Assembly (NCBI RefSeq): GCF_036321535.1
Contig: NC_087437.1
Span: 74,278,001 to 74,342,000, forward strand
Reading direction: 5' to 3'
Origin: Camelus dromedarius
Lineage: Eukaryota
Length of the DNA stretch: 64,000 nt
Part shown: piece after piece, positions 1-13,269 of the stretch
Position numbering within the stretch: position 1 is the stretch's first letter
Layout of the letters: each line of letters opens with the position of its first letter
Position numbers and translations under genes: made by a program
The notes under the pieces: generated by a model
Databases searched by the model: none
Told to the model about the DNA's origin: nothing
The model's input: the letters and a program-made list of their open reading frames with translations, nothing else

Positions 1-339
1 ATTGAAAGAGTTGTATGGATAATTGCTAAACAGCTCTGAATGAATAGAGAGTTCACAAAATGACAAATATGGTAATTTAGTCTTAAAAATGTAGGTGCTG
101 AACTTTTAATCCTAGGAATTTATTTTAATAAAAAGTTGGATAGGACAGATGGAATCACTCTAAGGTTTTCCTTAGAGTAGAGGATGGAAACTCCAAGGTT
201 TTCAGGTAACGACTAGTGCTGTTAAAAAAAAATAAATAATTAAGAGAAGAAAATAAAAGATAAGTTAAAAATTTTAAAAGCCACAGATACTTTTGTGAGT
301 GTGTGTTACAGGAAAGAAACAGAGACCGGAAATGGGGAG

Positions 340-700
340 GGCACTGCAGTAAGATTGGTTTGGTTTTATATTTGAAGAATTTGAGGTGCCCCGCAAGCAG
401 TTAGGAAGATGGGTATAAATTAAGACTCCAAATAAGTATGTGGGCAAGTCATGAGAGATTTAAAAGGTATGCCTTGCAGAACAAGAGGATGCTAAAACTT
501 TGTAATAAGATGCTTACAGGCAGGAGCCAAGAGTAGAAGTACCCAGCAAGTTTTACAGAGATGTCAGAGAGAAAGAGGGCTAGAATGTTCCATTTTTCAG
601 GGAACTGTGGGGTAATCACTAAGAAGGCAGCAGGTATATGGCAGTGGAGAATTGCTAGCAATGGAATTAAAGGGCATGAAAAATTCTAGGTTGGCCTCTG
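340..700 (-). mobile_element. Degraded L2 LINE fragment(s)
   Basis: 'ggttttatatttgaagaatttgaggtgcc' and downstream purine-rich text resemble the reverse-strand L2 consensus; heavily diverged. Confidence 0.35.
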
Positions 701-1244
701 ATGGAGATGAAAAGGTGTGCATAATCATGGTAATCACAGCCGTTTATGCCAGCTTATATAAGCATTTAATTAAAATAAAATGGCATTTATACATGTACAC
801 GTGTGCATCCTTGTATACGTGCACACATTATCTTGCTAGGAATCTTAGGGAAAAGCAGAGAAAGAAAATGAGAGACATAACAAAACAAAAATGTGTACCT
901 TACTAGCCAGAATATTTTAGAACCTGGTATGTCAGTCATCCAACCCTCTACCTCCAATACAAATATTTGTTGTATAAGCCTGATCAGAGAAATAGTCCAT
1001 CACGACTTAGCTGGAACGTTATTTAGAGAAGAGTAAGACGAAATTGCTGCTCATAGGAGCCAGGAAGGGGGTGTTCTTCCAGCATAGCCCTCACCTTTGC
1101 TTTGAAGACATTGCTCTGGACTTTCTTTCCTATAGCAGGGATGGAATCCGCCCCCCCGCCCCGTTCCCATTTTTTGTGACTATTGAAGAAAATGAAGTCA
1201 GGGGATATCCTATAGATTCCACAGAAACAAAAAGGGAACAAACA

Positions 1245-1450
1245 CTTGTGGAGCACCTTTTATAACTGCTGTGTGCTAAACCTGGGTTGTCACATTTCAT
1301 CCTTACTACCATGCTGTGCGGTGAGTAGGATTAGATGAGGAAATTGAGTTTAGAGAGATTATATGAAATGTCCAAGAGAAACAGTCAAAAGCAGAGCTGG
1401 AATTCAAAGCCAAGTCTCTGTCTTATTAAACATCCTTCTTTTCACGGCCT
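1245..1450 (-). mobile_element. MIR SINE
   Basis: 'agatgaggaaattgagtttagagagatt...gcagagctggaattcaaagccaagtct' matches the reverse complement of the MIR core and B-box region. Confidence 0.75.
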
Positions 1451-3209
1451 TACCTCATTAAAATTAATTCCAGAGCCCCTTCCAGGCAAAATCTAAAAGA
1501 TGGAGCAATGAAGGATTAACCATTTGTAAACTGCAGTGTTTACCTATCTCTTTTCCCAGCCTTGAGGTCTGGCACTTGATTAGCTATGCAAGTTAATAAG
1601 TGTCACCAACTGTTATTACTCCTTTTCATTTCTAAAAATCCAAATTCCTTATAAAATATTCTTAATTTCAGTGAGATAAGATTATCTTGCCTAAGGACAA
1701 GCCAGAGATGAGAAAACGCCACCTTCACTGGAAGGTTTCCAACATCAGGCTAGCAGCTTAGACCTGCCTGCATATAAATATACCTGAAAGAAAACCCCTT
1801 AGAAATAATGACACCTAGATAGCGTCTAGGTCATCCTAGGATAAAGGAGCAAAAAATGTCCAAATTATATTTTATAACTTAGAATTCTCCCTAGATGAAT
1901 TAAAACCTCAGATTTCAAATCTCCGGTTTCATAAAGCGAAGCGTAATTAAATTTTGAACATTGATATAAACTTTTGTTACTGAGCTACCTGAACTTTGCT
2001 ACCTGAAAACAACAGACAAGCAATCTAGTAGCTAGCTAGACACCTCTCATCCATAATCAAGCATACTGTAAAGCAATGGAGCAATGGTATTCAGCGATCC
2101 AGATTACTAGTCGTGAGATGCTCGATCCTTTCCACTTGGGAAAATCAGTGCTCGCTCAACAACTTGGCACAGTGTCAGAGTTTCATGCTAACGCAACAGT
2201 ATTATCTTTAAGTGGAATATATTAAATTCCAGGCTACTGAAAGTTTAGCATTTTGGATGAGGATAGAATGTTAGCACTTATGTCTCTGTTTGCTTGATTA
2301 TTTATTTTTGCTAACTTTAATCCTTCTTTCAAGTAAAAGTTAATTATTCCTTCTAGAACTATGCCAATTGCTAAAGTCTCATTCTTATTGTCTTGCTTTG
2401 TTTCTGAATAGGTCCAACATGTAGAAAACATACAAAACATAAACTTTGAGCTCTGTCATTCAAGTGACATGGCCTTGTTTTAAAAAACTCAAAGACATAG
2501 TCTAATTTAAAATTAGACAGCACTAATGGATTTGCAATTCCAAATGATTCAGCCTGCCATACTGGAGCAATAACTGCATTTTTCACATACAAAGATACAG
2601 TAAGGAATAATGAATTCATTACCTGAAGAAGAAAATCAAAAGGTCTGAACTTCTGTGTGGTCTCCTCCCCACGACTCCTTTCAGGACGTCAATCTATTAG
2701 ACAGATATAGATGAAAATGTTTTATTCTTGGTAGCACCTAAATTACAGCTAAAGGTAGAAATTCTAGGTTTTATGACATAATATTGCAATTTCAGTTTCA
2801 CAATGCTTCTGTTTTTTTTTGGTTTGAATTTACAGACTATCAATTTTTCCTCTTTGTGTTTGTCACAGTATATTTTTCTCATTTCTCATTTTCCACTTTG
2901 AAGACTTTGATGATAGTTCTAGAAAACATTTGAGCTCTGAATTTCACCTTTTTCATAGCAAATAATTAATGTAACTTTTCTAAAGCTATGACATTTACAT
3001 AATCACTTAAAGACACAAAAAAGTTAAGAATAGTTTCATGTTTAACATACAATTGAAAACTCTACAGCAAAAGCCAAAATAACAGAAGTAAACAAACACA
3101 CTTGACAGGTCACAATTTTTTTTTAAATCATTGCTCTTCAGTCCATGGGTAGAAATTTTTGTTGGTCTGGGATGAAGGAAGAGAACATTAGAAATTTTAA
3201 CACTATACC

Positions 3210-4435
3210 TTTATTGAAAATTTATAATTAACACGGCAAATAATTCACCCATTTAAAGTGCTGAAAACAATTCAATGTTTTTAGTATATTCACAAAGTTG
3301 TGAATCATAACCACAATTAATTTTAGAACATCTTCATCCCTCCAAAAAATTATTTTACTATTTAAGAATCACCCCCAATATCCTCCCAAACCCCCAATCC
3401 TACACCACAGTGAATCTATTTTCTGTCTCTATATGTCATACAGAATGTGGTATTTTGTGAGTGACTTCTTTCATTCAGTGTAATGTTTTCAAGATTCATC
3501 TGTGCTGTGGCATGTATAAGCACTATATTCATTTATATTGCTGAACAACATTCCATTATATGGATAGAGCAGATTTTATTCATCAATTGATGGACATGTG
3601 GGTTGGATGGTTTTTACTTTTGGGCTATTATAAAATGCTGTTAAAATAAATAAATAATGCTGTCTTGAGTACTTCTGTCCAGTTCTTGAGTGAACATGGC
3701 TTTTCATTTTTCTGGGGTATATGGCCTAAGAGTGGAATCCTTGGGTTGTTTGGTAAAGCTATGTTCAATCTTTAAGGAACAAAAGGACTGTTTACCAATG
3801 TTCCTGTATCATTTTACATTCCTATCAGCAATGCTTAAGGGTTCCAATTTCTCTAATTACTTTCTTTGATTATACCCATCCTAGTGGGTCTGATATGGTA
3901 TTTCATTTTAGCTTTGATTTTCATTTCCCTGTTCTTGCTTTGGCAGCACATATACTAAGATTTTCATTTTCCTAAAGTTTAATAATGTTGAGCATCTTTC
4001 CATGAGCTTATTGAGCATTTTTGTATATTCTTAAGATAAATGTCTATTCAGATCCTTTGCCTATGTTTAAAATGGACTGTCTTTTTGTTATTGACTTGTA
4101 AGAGACCATCATATTATCTAGATCTAAAAATCTCATATCAGATGCTATTTGTGAGTATTTCCTCTATTACATAGGTTTTATTTTCACTTTCTTGACAGTA
4201 TCCTTTAAAGCACAAAACTTTTAAACTCTGATAGAGACCAATTTATCCATTTTTTCTTTTTCCACCTGTGCTGTCATGTCATACCTAAGAAGGATTTGCC
4301 TAACTCAAAGTCACAAAGTTTACTAGTAAATTTTCTTCTAAGAGTTTTATACTTTTAACTCTTATGCATACATCTATGATCCATTTTGAGTTATTTTTAT
4401 TTATGGTGTAAGAAAGAGCTCTAACTTAATAATTT
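3210..4435 (-). mobile_element. Old L1 (L1MB-like) 3' end and ORF2 tail
   Basis: Diagnostic 3' UTR 'cacccatttaaagtg...tttttagtatattcacaaagttgtg...aattttagaacatcttcatc', followed by antisense ORF2 text ('gagcatctttccatgagctta', 'gatccattttgagtta'). Confidence 0.85.
3931..3958 (+). pseudogene. U6 snRNA 5' fragment (3'-truncated, tailless retropseudogene)
   Basis: GTTCTTGCTTTGGCAGCACATATACTAA vs U6 nt 1-28 GTGCTCGCTTCGGCAGCACATATACTAA (25/28, two differences are CpG->TpG); flanked by GATTTTCATTTCCCT (3916-3930) and GATTTTCATTTTCCT (3959-3973). Confidence 0.85.
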
Positions 4436-4444
4436 TTTATGGCA

Positions 4445-4833
4445 GTACTTCCTTCTCTTTAATGGTTGAATGGTATTTCAACCAAAAATGAAAAAAAATT
4501 GTTTTGTTTCGAATACATATTATATATATATATACACACTACATCTTCTTTCTCCATTCATCTGCTGATGGACACTTAGGTTGTTTCCATGACTATTGTG
4601 ATTTCATTTTTTTCAGACATATATGTAGAAATAGGATTGCTGGATCATATGGTAGTACTATTTTTACTTTTTTAAAGAACTTCCATACTGTTTTCCATTT
4701 AGTGACTGTACCAATTTATATTACTATCAACAGTTCACAAGGACTCCCGTTTCTCCACATCCTTACCAACACTTGTCATCTCTTGTCTTTTTGGTAAGAG
4801 CCATACCAACATGGCTGAGGTGCTGTATCATTG
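4445..4833 (-). mobile_element. Second L1 fragment (L1MA-like ORF2 C-terminus)
   Basis: 'tccattcatctgctgatggacacttaggttgtttccat', 'ggattgctggatcatatggtag', 'tttctccacatccttaccaacacttg'; explains ORF 4504-4797 as antisense L1. Confidence 0.85.
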
Positions 4834-4837
4834 AGTC

Positions 4838-4940
4838 ATGATTCAGTAGGTATGGAGTGGAGCCTGAGACTCACCCTTCTGCCCAACCTCCAGGTACATG
4901 CTCATACTACTGATATATGGGCCACACTTTAAGTAGCAAG
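4838..4940. mobile_element. MER5A-like hAT-Charlie DNA transposon fossil (partial)
   Basis: 'gattcagtaggtatggagtggagcctgaga...ccacactttaagtagcaag' matches the MER5A pattern. Confidence 0.7.
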
Positions 4941-5317
4941 TCTCTAACCTATTAGTAAATCATCTTTCTTTCTATTGCCTCATTGGCTACAAAGCAGGAT
5001 GCTAATGTGTTGCTTCTTTATCCATAGATTTCTCTAGGTGTTCATACTAACTGACTTAGGATAAATAGGGTGATCAGAATATGACTTTACAAGAATATCA
5101 CATTCCCTAATAATAAGATGAGTTAGTAAATGAAAATATTTTATAAACTAAAAATTATTGTATGCAGTTTGTTGTTCTAAATGTTGATACATATTTGAGT
5201 AACATAATAATTACCTATGAATATAAAAGTAAAGCAAGGTTGGCTATGTCCAGCTGATACAGGTTTAATTTATACTGAGAGAGTTAAAACTTCTGGGGCA
5301 AGATTCTACTCATCTCT

Positions 5318-5699
5318 TGTATTAGTGGGCTGTCTGCCATAACACAATACCACAGACTGAGTGGCTTAAACAGCAGAAATATATTTTCTCCCAGCTCTAG
5401 AAACTGGAAATCTAGGATCAAGGTGCCAGCAAGGTTGGTTTCTGGTGAGACTTCTCTTCCTGGCTTGTAGATGGCTGCCTTTTCACTGTGTCCTCACATG
5501 GCCTGTCCTCTTTGTACATGTACTTCTGGTGTCTCTCCCACTCCCTATAAGGACACAAATCCTATTTGATTAGGGCCCCATTCTTATGACCTCGTTTAAC
5601 CTTAATTACCTCCTTAAAGCCTCTAACTCCAAAACAGTTACATCAGGTATTAGGGCTTCAACACATGGATTTTGGAGGGATACAGTTCAGTCCATAAGA
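5318..5699 (-). mobile_element. ERVL-MaLR solo LTR (MLT1A-like)
   Basis: 'tgtattagt...gccataacacaataccacagactgagtggcttaaacagcagaaat...ctggcttgtagatggctgcc...gggcttcaacac...ttcagtccataa' is the reverse complement of the MLT1A-type LTR. Confidence 0.9.
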
Positions 5700-7134
5700 G
5701 ATATCCTTCTGTCTTTCTGTTTCAATATCTTTATGACAGCTTCAATGCTTTCTCTCTGATTGTAAAGCCAAATACAGGACACTTATAGCAGACCCCAGTG
5801 GTACAGATGAAAAATAAGAAAAAAAAATTTTGTTTCATTCTCTTAGCAGTTTTCCCTTTATCCAATTGCATAAATTATTATAAGCTACTCTCCTTTTATT
5901 AGATAACCAGCTAATAACTGTTTACTAATTTATAACATCTATATAAAACCAACCCTCTATAATTTTGAAACCTGTCCTTAGACACAGCTAGCCCTCTTTG
6001 AAAGAGAGCATGACCATTTCTACAGAATGAGACATTTTAAATAACATTAAACAAAGCATAAGAAGATTATTAAGCTCTGATAGAGTACTCTACAATTACA
6101 AACAATTTTCTCTTAATTATATGCTGCTCTGACACTCAATAGAAAATGCAGATGAACCATTTAATGCATGCATAAGATCAAATTTGAATATCCCCACCAA
6201 AGATGCCAGTGTATCTCCTATTAGCTCCTTGCTTAAGTCTTGTTTTCTTCCTCACCTTCGGCATAACCTTATTACTGGAACAGAGATACTGGCTTTAGGT
6301 TTTTAATACTATAAAGCAATCAAGAAAGAAAATATCTAAAACATCATTCAAATAATCATTTTTGAATTGTAAGCTTATCTTGACATTATTAGAGTCAGGC
6401 CAATAGAATTTTGCTCCAAGATGATAATCCTTTTTTCAACACAAAGTCTACATATTATAATTTGTGCATTCTTAATCGTGAAATAACAACCATGGGAGGC
6501 ACTGGTCTGATTAAAAGACAAGTGTATAATTATAGAAAAAGACAAATCCAAATTAAGATTAATTTTTTTCTTCAATGTCTCCCTTTAAGAGTTGTCTTTA
6601 GAAAGAGTCACATGGGTACATTTTGCAGGTTCTCTGATGTCTGAGGTTCAAGACAATTTGAAAGGAAGGACGGTGCCAGGATGACTTCTGTTCAAATGCA
6701 AACACACACAGACATACACACAACACACCCATTTCCCTGGAGACCAATTTCTTTAAATTTTTTATTTTTAACTTTAATTTATATATATATATTAGTTCCA
6801 AAATGTTTTCCTTGAGGTGGTTTTGTTCTCTCAGCTGGCATACTCTTTTTTTGAAAAGTCATTAAGGGTATAAATTTGGAAATCTACATTTGAAAAGAAG
6901 CACCAATTTTATTTACAAAAACTTGTTTTCATCAACGCTAAGCAGCAGAGTTGTGTTGCCATTCCAAACATATTTTTGAAGAATTAATTACATCATATAT
7001 CTATTCTTGGAAACAGTAAATAATAGAAAGCAAACACAAAGGTCTCATCTTTGGTCTTTTATGCAATGACATGTTTGTAAATTAGGTTGACAAATTTACC
7101 TAGCCTTCTTTCTTTTCTACTGCTTACTGTCAGT

Positions 7135-7204
7135 ATAAGAATGAATGACAAATTGGTCTTAATCAAAATTGAAAGATTCTGCTCATCAAAAAACACCATC
7201 AATA
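7135..7204 (+). mobile_element. Short old L1 ORF2 fragment abutting the young L1
   Basis: 'atcaaaattgaaagattctgctcatcaaaaaacaccatcaat' resembles ORF2 (IKxKxFCSSKxTI). Confidence 0.55.
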
Positions 7205-7855
7205 GACCTACCATGTGACCCAGTCATCCCACTCCTGGGCATATATCCAGACGGAACCCTACTTCAAAAAGACACCTACACCCCAATGTTCACAGCAGCA
7301 CTACTTACAATAGCCAAGACATAAAAACAGCCTAAATGTCCGTCAACAGATGACCAAAGAAGATGTGGTATATTTATACAATGGAATACTATTCAGCCAT
7401 AAAAAATGACAACATAACGCCATTTGCAGCAACATGGATGTCCCTGGAGAAAGTCATCCTAAGTGAAGTAAGCCAGAAAGAGAAAGAAAAATACCACATG
7501 AGATCGCTCATATGTGGAATCTAAAAAAAAATAAAATAAATAAATACAAAACAGAAACAAACTCATAGACATAGAATACAAACTTGTAGTTGCCAAGGGG
7601 GAGGGGGATGGGAAGGCACAGATTGGGAGTTCAAAACTTGTAGATACTGACAGGCATATGCAGAATAGATAAACAAGATTATACTGTATAGCACAGGGAA
7701 ATATATACAAGATCTTGTGGTAGCTCATAGCGAAAAAAATGTGACAATGAATATAAGTATGTTCATGTATAACTGAAAAGTTTTGCTCTACACTGGAATT
7801 TGACACAACATTGTAAAAGGACTATAACTCAATAAAAAAAAATGTTAAAGAAAAA
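7205..7855 (+). mobile_element. Young lineage-specific L1, 5'-truncated 3' end with A-rich tail
   Basis: Translates DLPCDPVIPLLGIYP...KDTYTPMFTAALLTIAKT*KQPKCPS (ORF2 C-terminus); cetartiodactyl-type 3' UTR 'tactgtatagcacagggaaatatatacaagatcttgtgg'; AATAAA-like end plus A tail. Confidence 0.95.
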
Positions 7856-7924
7856 CAATAGGCACCTTTCTAGTTAAAAAAAAAAAAATCAATCCCAGCC
7901 TAGGTGGAGTTTACACTTTAGGAG

Positions 7925-8390
7925 CATATTTATAGCAGCATGGTAATAGCAGAAAATCAAATAAAGAAAACAACCATAGCCAAATCAAATGTCCATACTT
8001 AGGAGAATGGATAATCACTTTATGAATATTATACAGTGGTAAAAGTATACAGACTCCTCTATGGGCAACAATTTTAAGCCGAAAAGATCACTTGTAGCAT
8101 GAAAGAATTTTTATAAAACTCAAAAATATATCAAGATAAAATAAAAATCTTAAAACATAAATATGTGATAAAACAATCAATATGTGGTTTAAAATATGTG
8201 GTGAAAAGACATAACAGTTACTCATATGGAAGTGGCACAAGGATGGATTATGAACAACAAACAAAAGTAGTTTCAACATGAGAATTCAAGCTCTTGCCCT
8301 GAGGTTCTTTAGATCAGATGTTGGGTTCATGGGTGTTTATTTTATTTTCATGCCCTGTTTTCTAAACATATCAGCTATTACACAACATAT
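7925..8390 (+). mobile_element. Ancient L1 (L1ME/MC-like) 3' fragment
   Basis: 'atatttatagcagca...aaatgtccatacttaggagaatggataa' and 3' UTR-like 'gttgggttcatgggtgtttattttatt'. Confidence 0.6.
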
Positions 8391-10824
8391 GAATGAAGGC
8401 AGAAATTAATGTGGTTGAGGCTCTTTACAACTGTTTTTAACTATTGATAAATTGAGAGACAAGGTAGGTTTACCACCATCAAGGAAGAACTGTAGTACTT
8501 CTCTCTAACGTCAAGCGCTGCTCCCCACAACTCACTTCACTCTACCAGGTGTTCACACATCTACTCTTTTATTTGACACCAACTAATTGATCACTACATG
8601 CTGGACAGCAGACTCAGTGTTAAAATAAACATTCTTTACAGTTATTCAAGACCAAAAAAATTGTCTTAAACACAAGTGCCTTTTCATACTCTCCCTTAGG
8701 ACTACTTTGAGACAGGATCTTCTACATTTTGCCTCTATTTTAATAAAACAAAGCAGTAGATTTGTTTTTAATTTAAAGTCTTATTTTTAATTTAAGTAAT
8801 CCTTATTGCTACAAAATTCACTCTAAGTCATTGAGGAAACTGCTACTTCTTGTAACCAAGACTCTTTCTATTAATCTCTTATTGCCCTCAGTAGCCCAAT
8901 ATGTAGTCTGAGCTGTACTTTATTTGTATGCCCTGCCTCATTCCAAAACACATATGAAATTTAATAATTATTGAATAAACAACAAGACATAAAATTGAGC
9001 AATATTTCTTTCTGCTAGCTGGCATACAGATACTTTTTATTCTTTAGCATATGTAATATTTTTCTTTGTAAAGAGACACTCATTAAACAAACACGTTTAT
9101 CATTAAAATAATAAAGCAAAAGAGACTTAATTGTGGTATTTTTTACATTTAATGGTTTTAGATTTGTTATAGAAAGTCAAAAAGGCAAAAAGAAAAATTA
9201 CCGGACATTTTTCAGATTTTCAGTCACTGTGATAATTTTAAATATTCTGTCCCTGATAAATTCATCTTTCTTATCAGAAAATATGTGCTGATATATGGAT
9301 TTTAAAAACCTGTGCTCCATGGCTTCCTTACCACTGTCTCCCTCTCTTTTTCCTTCCCTGATTCAGCATGTTCCAGAATATTCTCAACAGAATCAGATGC
9401 ATTCCACAGAAGGCATATCTTTGTATTTAGAAATTTTATAATGTATACATTTATTTTTATACAGTAGAAATATTATTATTATTTTTAGTATGGAGATCTT
9501 AGGAAACTAGAGAGAAGCTGAGTTTAAATTTGTGAAAGAGACAGAAATTAGTGCGTTCATTAATTGGGATCATCCTCCCATTATCAACACTGTGTTTTAG
9601 TTTCTTACAATAAAGTGTTTCTTCATTCCAGTAATTACCACTTATCTGAGACAATATTCTTGAAAAAATATGTAAATAAAAATCAATTGCAAATTTCCTG
9701 GTATCACAGTGTATTAATTGCTCCATTAATGACAGTCTTAAAATACAGGGGAAAAACAGAAGCTAAATTTCTATCCTGCATTACCCATCACAATAGAAAC
9801 ACTAGACAAAAAAAAAAAAAAAAGACAAAACACTAGGATGATCCTAACTGATGGATTTGCTGAGAGTTAACTTCCTATTTATGAACAGTATCCCAAGTTT
9901 AGTCTTTGCACGTATAATATACATGATATGCTTTCGTGTTACATGCCCTGATAAATTTAAGTGTATTTCTATGCAGAAAATGTAGAAAGAATCCAGTATC
10001 ATAGTTAGCAACTGGAGTAAGAATATTCTGCTTATGATAGGATTTAGGAATAAGAGAATGGCAGTAAGAAGTAACTTAGAATTAGAAAGAGGAGAGAGGA
10101 GGAGGAGAAGGAAAGGCAGACAAAGACTGAGAGAGGTGGATATTTCATCAGCTTAATATGCATAATCACACTGTTGCTGTGACAAATATACTAATTTTTA
10201 AAAACAATTTCAGTTTCTTAATGACAATATGCATTTTTGCCCTCAATTTTTCCCCTGCTGAGAAAATAAAACAAAACAAAAACAAGTGAGATTACTAACA
10301 GAGACTGAACACTTCCCAGTCTTGCTGTTTTGTGTTGTGTTGTGTTGTTTTGTTTTGGTGTGAGGTGGGGTGTGGGAGTGCAGCAGGAAGTGCAGGAAAA
10401 GGCATGAAATTATCGATATGGAAAGACTTAAATGGGTCGGTATTAACAGAAAAGAAGATTTCTATATAAAACTTCAATACGTGAAAAAAGGAAAAAGTTC
10501 TTTTTGCAGTACAAATAGAATGAGAATAAGAGGAAAAACTGTTTGACACATCTTGTCTGGACAGGATGTAAGACTGCTGGAGTTTCATGTGGCTTGCTAG
10601 TTTGTTTTGTGGTCTGCAATGCTCTTTATCTCTGTCCTTTAATGAGTCTAGGCGATAGGTATCTAGAAGAGAATGACTAAGAAGGTGAGATGTCCATGTC
10701 CTAATAATACTTAAAGGACCATGGATGTTTCGTACGAAGAAGAATTAGGACATATGCCAGCCAAAGTCAAGTTGCTGTAGGGGAAGTTTCTATTGCTTTC
10801 TATGCCAGGAATGCATTACTCAGT

Positions 10825-10930
10825 AATTACTTACTAAGTATCTATTCTGTGTGAAGCACTCTGCTAATCACTGTGCATCAATGGGTTGGTGACACAGGCC
10901 ATCACATTTTCCCACCCTCATGGAACTTTT
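10825..10930 (-). mobile_element. L2 3' end fragment
   Basis: 'ttactaagtatctattctgtgtgaagcactctgctaa...ccctcatggaactt'. Confidence 0.55.
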
Positions 10931-11394
10931 TCTCATAACCACGTCTCCTCCTGGGAAAGTTCCCACTAGCAAATATTCATAAATAACATCAGGAATGATG
11001 AGCAGACCTGGCACCTTAGATCAGAAGCGTGAAGGAGTCCAATGAAGGTCAGTAAGTTTCTCCAACATAAACTGAAAGAAAGGAAGCTAGGAGACTGAAG
11101 ATTCTGAACCAGAGTTTTCGAATACCATCCAAAGAGACAATGCTGTGGGACAGTTATATTAATGGGAAGAAAGTAACCTCAGTTAAGAATCAGAGAGCAG
11201 CCCCTGACATCTATAAGGATTAGGAGTCAACTAAAGCTCTTCGTGAATTCTTCTGACAATTAGAACCAGAATCCCTCACTGCGGATACTTCTCTCTGCTT
11301 GTGCTTTTAGAATTTTCTCTTAATGACTTCTGGCATTAATTTATCTTAATAATGGAATTAATAGAAAGAGCAATAATACACTTAATGATAATAC

Positions 11395-11640
11395 ATGTAA
11401 TAACTATCATTTGCTGAACAGCATCTACGTTCCAGCCATTGTACTAAATGATTTATTTGTACTTTTTTGAGGTATACATCAACCTTCTGTTGTAAACATC
11501 ATTTCCTCCATTTTTACAAACAAAAAAAATTAAAATTCATAGGGATGAACTGCTTTTTCTGAAGTTCACACTGATAGTTTTGAGTCTGGCTCTGCCATTT
11601 ACCAAGTCCCTGCTAAGGCCGATGCTTTTGATCATTTCCA
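11395..11640 (-). mobile_element. MIR SINE (degraded)
   Basis: 'taactatcatttgctgaac...ctccatttttacaaac...aagttcacactgatagt'. Confidence 0.55.
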
Positions 11641-12244
11641 AATAGCCAGACAGAAAACCATCGTTTGTGTAGAGTAGGATACCAGGAGCAAGAAATGCTT
11701 GCAAGTGCATGAAGAAGTAACACTGACTATTTCTGAGGAGGAAAACTGGAATGGAGACAAGTTTTCCTTTACAATGTATACTTTTTTGAATAATTAAATT
11801 TTATGTTGTCTTCATGTACAATTTTTATTTTTAGCACGAATAATTCATTCCTCTTAAATTCATTCCTTTCTGTCTAAGTTGTGCTGAGATAGTCCAAGGG
11901 AAGGAATTTTCAGGGGGGTATTGCTACGTTGGCAACTTGTCACATTTGAAGGCAGGGATCATGCAAGAGTGAGAACACACCTGCAGAGGTGTCAGCACCC
12001 AGCCTCAATATCCAGCCTGGACAAATCTTCTGAACTCCTTTCTGCTAAAATCTTGGACTACATTTTAATTTTAATATTGGAGGTTATAGCCTTAGTGGCT
12101 CTTGGGGCACGCGGGGTGTGTTATAACAGACCTCAGCACATCACAAACATAACTTTCTAACAATTAAAATGTTCAAGGGTGAAAGCTCTTCAAATATTCA
12201 ACTCATTATAAATGTTTTCAAGTTAAATTAAGAAAAAACTTAAT

Positions 12245-12440
12245 AGTTAGGCAAAAATAAAATTGATGCCAGTGCCAAATGCTGACACAGTTTAAATGGA
12301 ATTTCTGGGCCCATTATCGTTGGTGGCAGGGTAAGTTGGTTCAATCACTTTGAAAAAATTAGCAAAATGACTCAAAAACCATAAAACCATCCATAGCCTT
12401 TGACCTAGTAATCTCACTTCTGGCACTTTGTCCTCTGAAA
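12245..12440 (+). mobile_element. Ancient L1ME fragment
   Basis: 'gttggtggcagggtaagttggttcaatcactttgaaaa...catagcctttgacctagtaatctcacttctgg'. Confidence 0.65.
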
Positions 12441-13269
12441 TTATAATGTTGCCACGTCAATTGAGAAAGTTATGTTTTTTAAGCATGTGTGGTTGGACCT
12501 ATAAAAGCTTATTGTAAATGTTTTACATTTATACTAAAATAAAAGTATAAAGGCAGCGCAATAAATAAAAAGAAAATCAATAGTTTTCCCTAAGTGAATA
12601 CTGTATGTTAAGTGCTGAGCTAGAAGCCATACACACAGAAGCTCATCCAAAGTGATGCAGGAGTCCACGAGCCAAAACCCTTTATCACTAGGCAATTTTG
12701 CACTTTCATAGTTCAAGGACAAATGATGCCATGAGATAATCCTAAACACAGTGAACACATTTCAAAAGAACTTTCTAAGTCATCAAAGAAAGATTACATT
12801 TAGTTCAAATAGTTATATATTTAAGACTATGTGAACTAACTGGGCAGCGAGTCATCAACATTTACTGCAGAATACTACTATGACCCATTTACCCCAAAAC
12901 AAGCCATCTTAAGGAAAGATATTTTTAATTTCTTGAGAACAGGGATCCCTTCTTATTTTTGAGTCCTATTGCTAACCATGTAGGACAACTGTGTGACATT
13001 TTTATTTGGCTAATATTAGAAACTGAGTTCTGAATTCATAACTGCTAGGGAATGGATTATTGTGAACCACTGAGGTTTAACCCATTTCCACACAGCAACA
13101 GACCTTAAGTGAGAAAAGCAGAAAGAGTGCTGTATACACACCACATTAGCAGTCACGAAAACATGCCTAAGAAAAAAGACTAGAAAGAAAGAAAGAAATA
13201 CAAACTAGAAAAGCAAGATGGAATACTGGCATTATGAACGAGTGATTTTACTTCTGTCCATTTTCCAAA

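Noticed and set aside
1044..1265. Overlapping ORFs around a C-rich patch with an acceptor-like 'tttcctatag'
   Set aside because: No donor found, runs into a MIR, peptide not recognised
1814..1842. 7-bp hairpin ACCTAGA/TCTAGGT next to palindrome ATCCTAGGAT
   Set aside because: Short enough to be expected by chance in 64 kb
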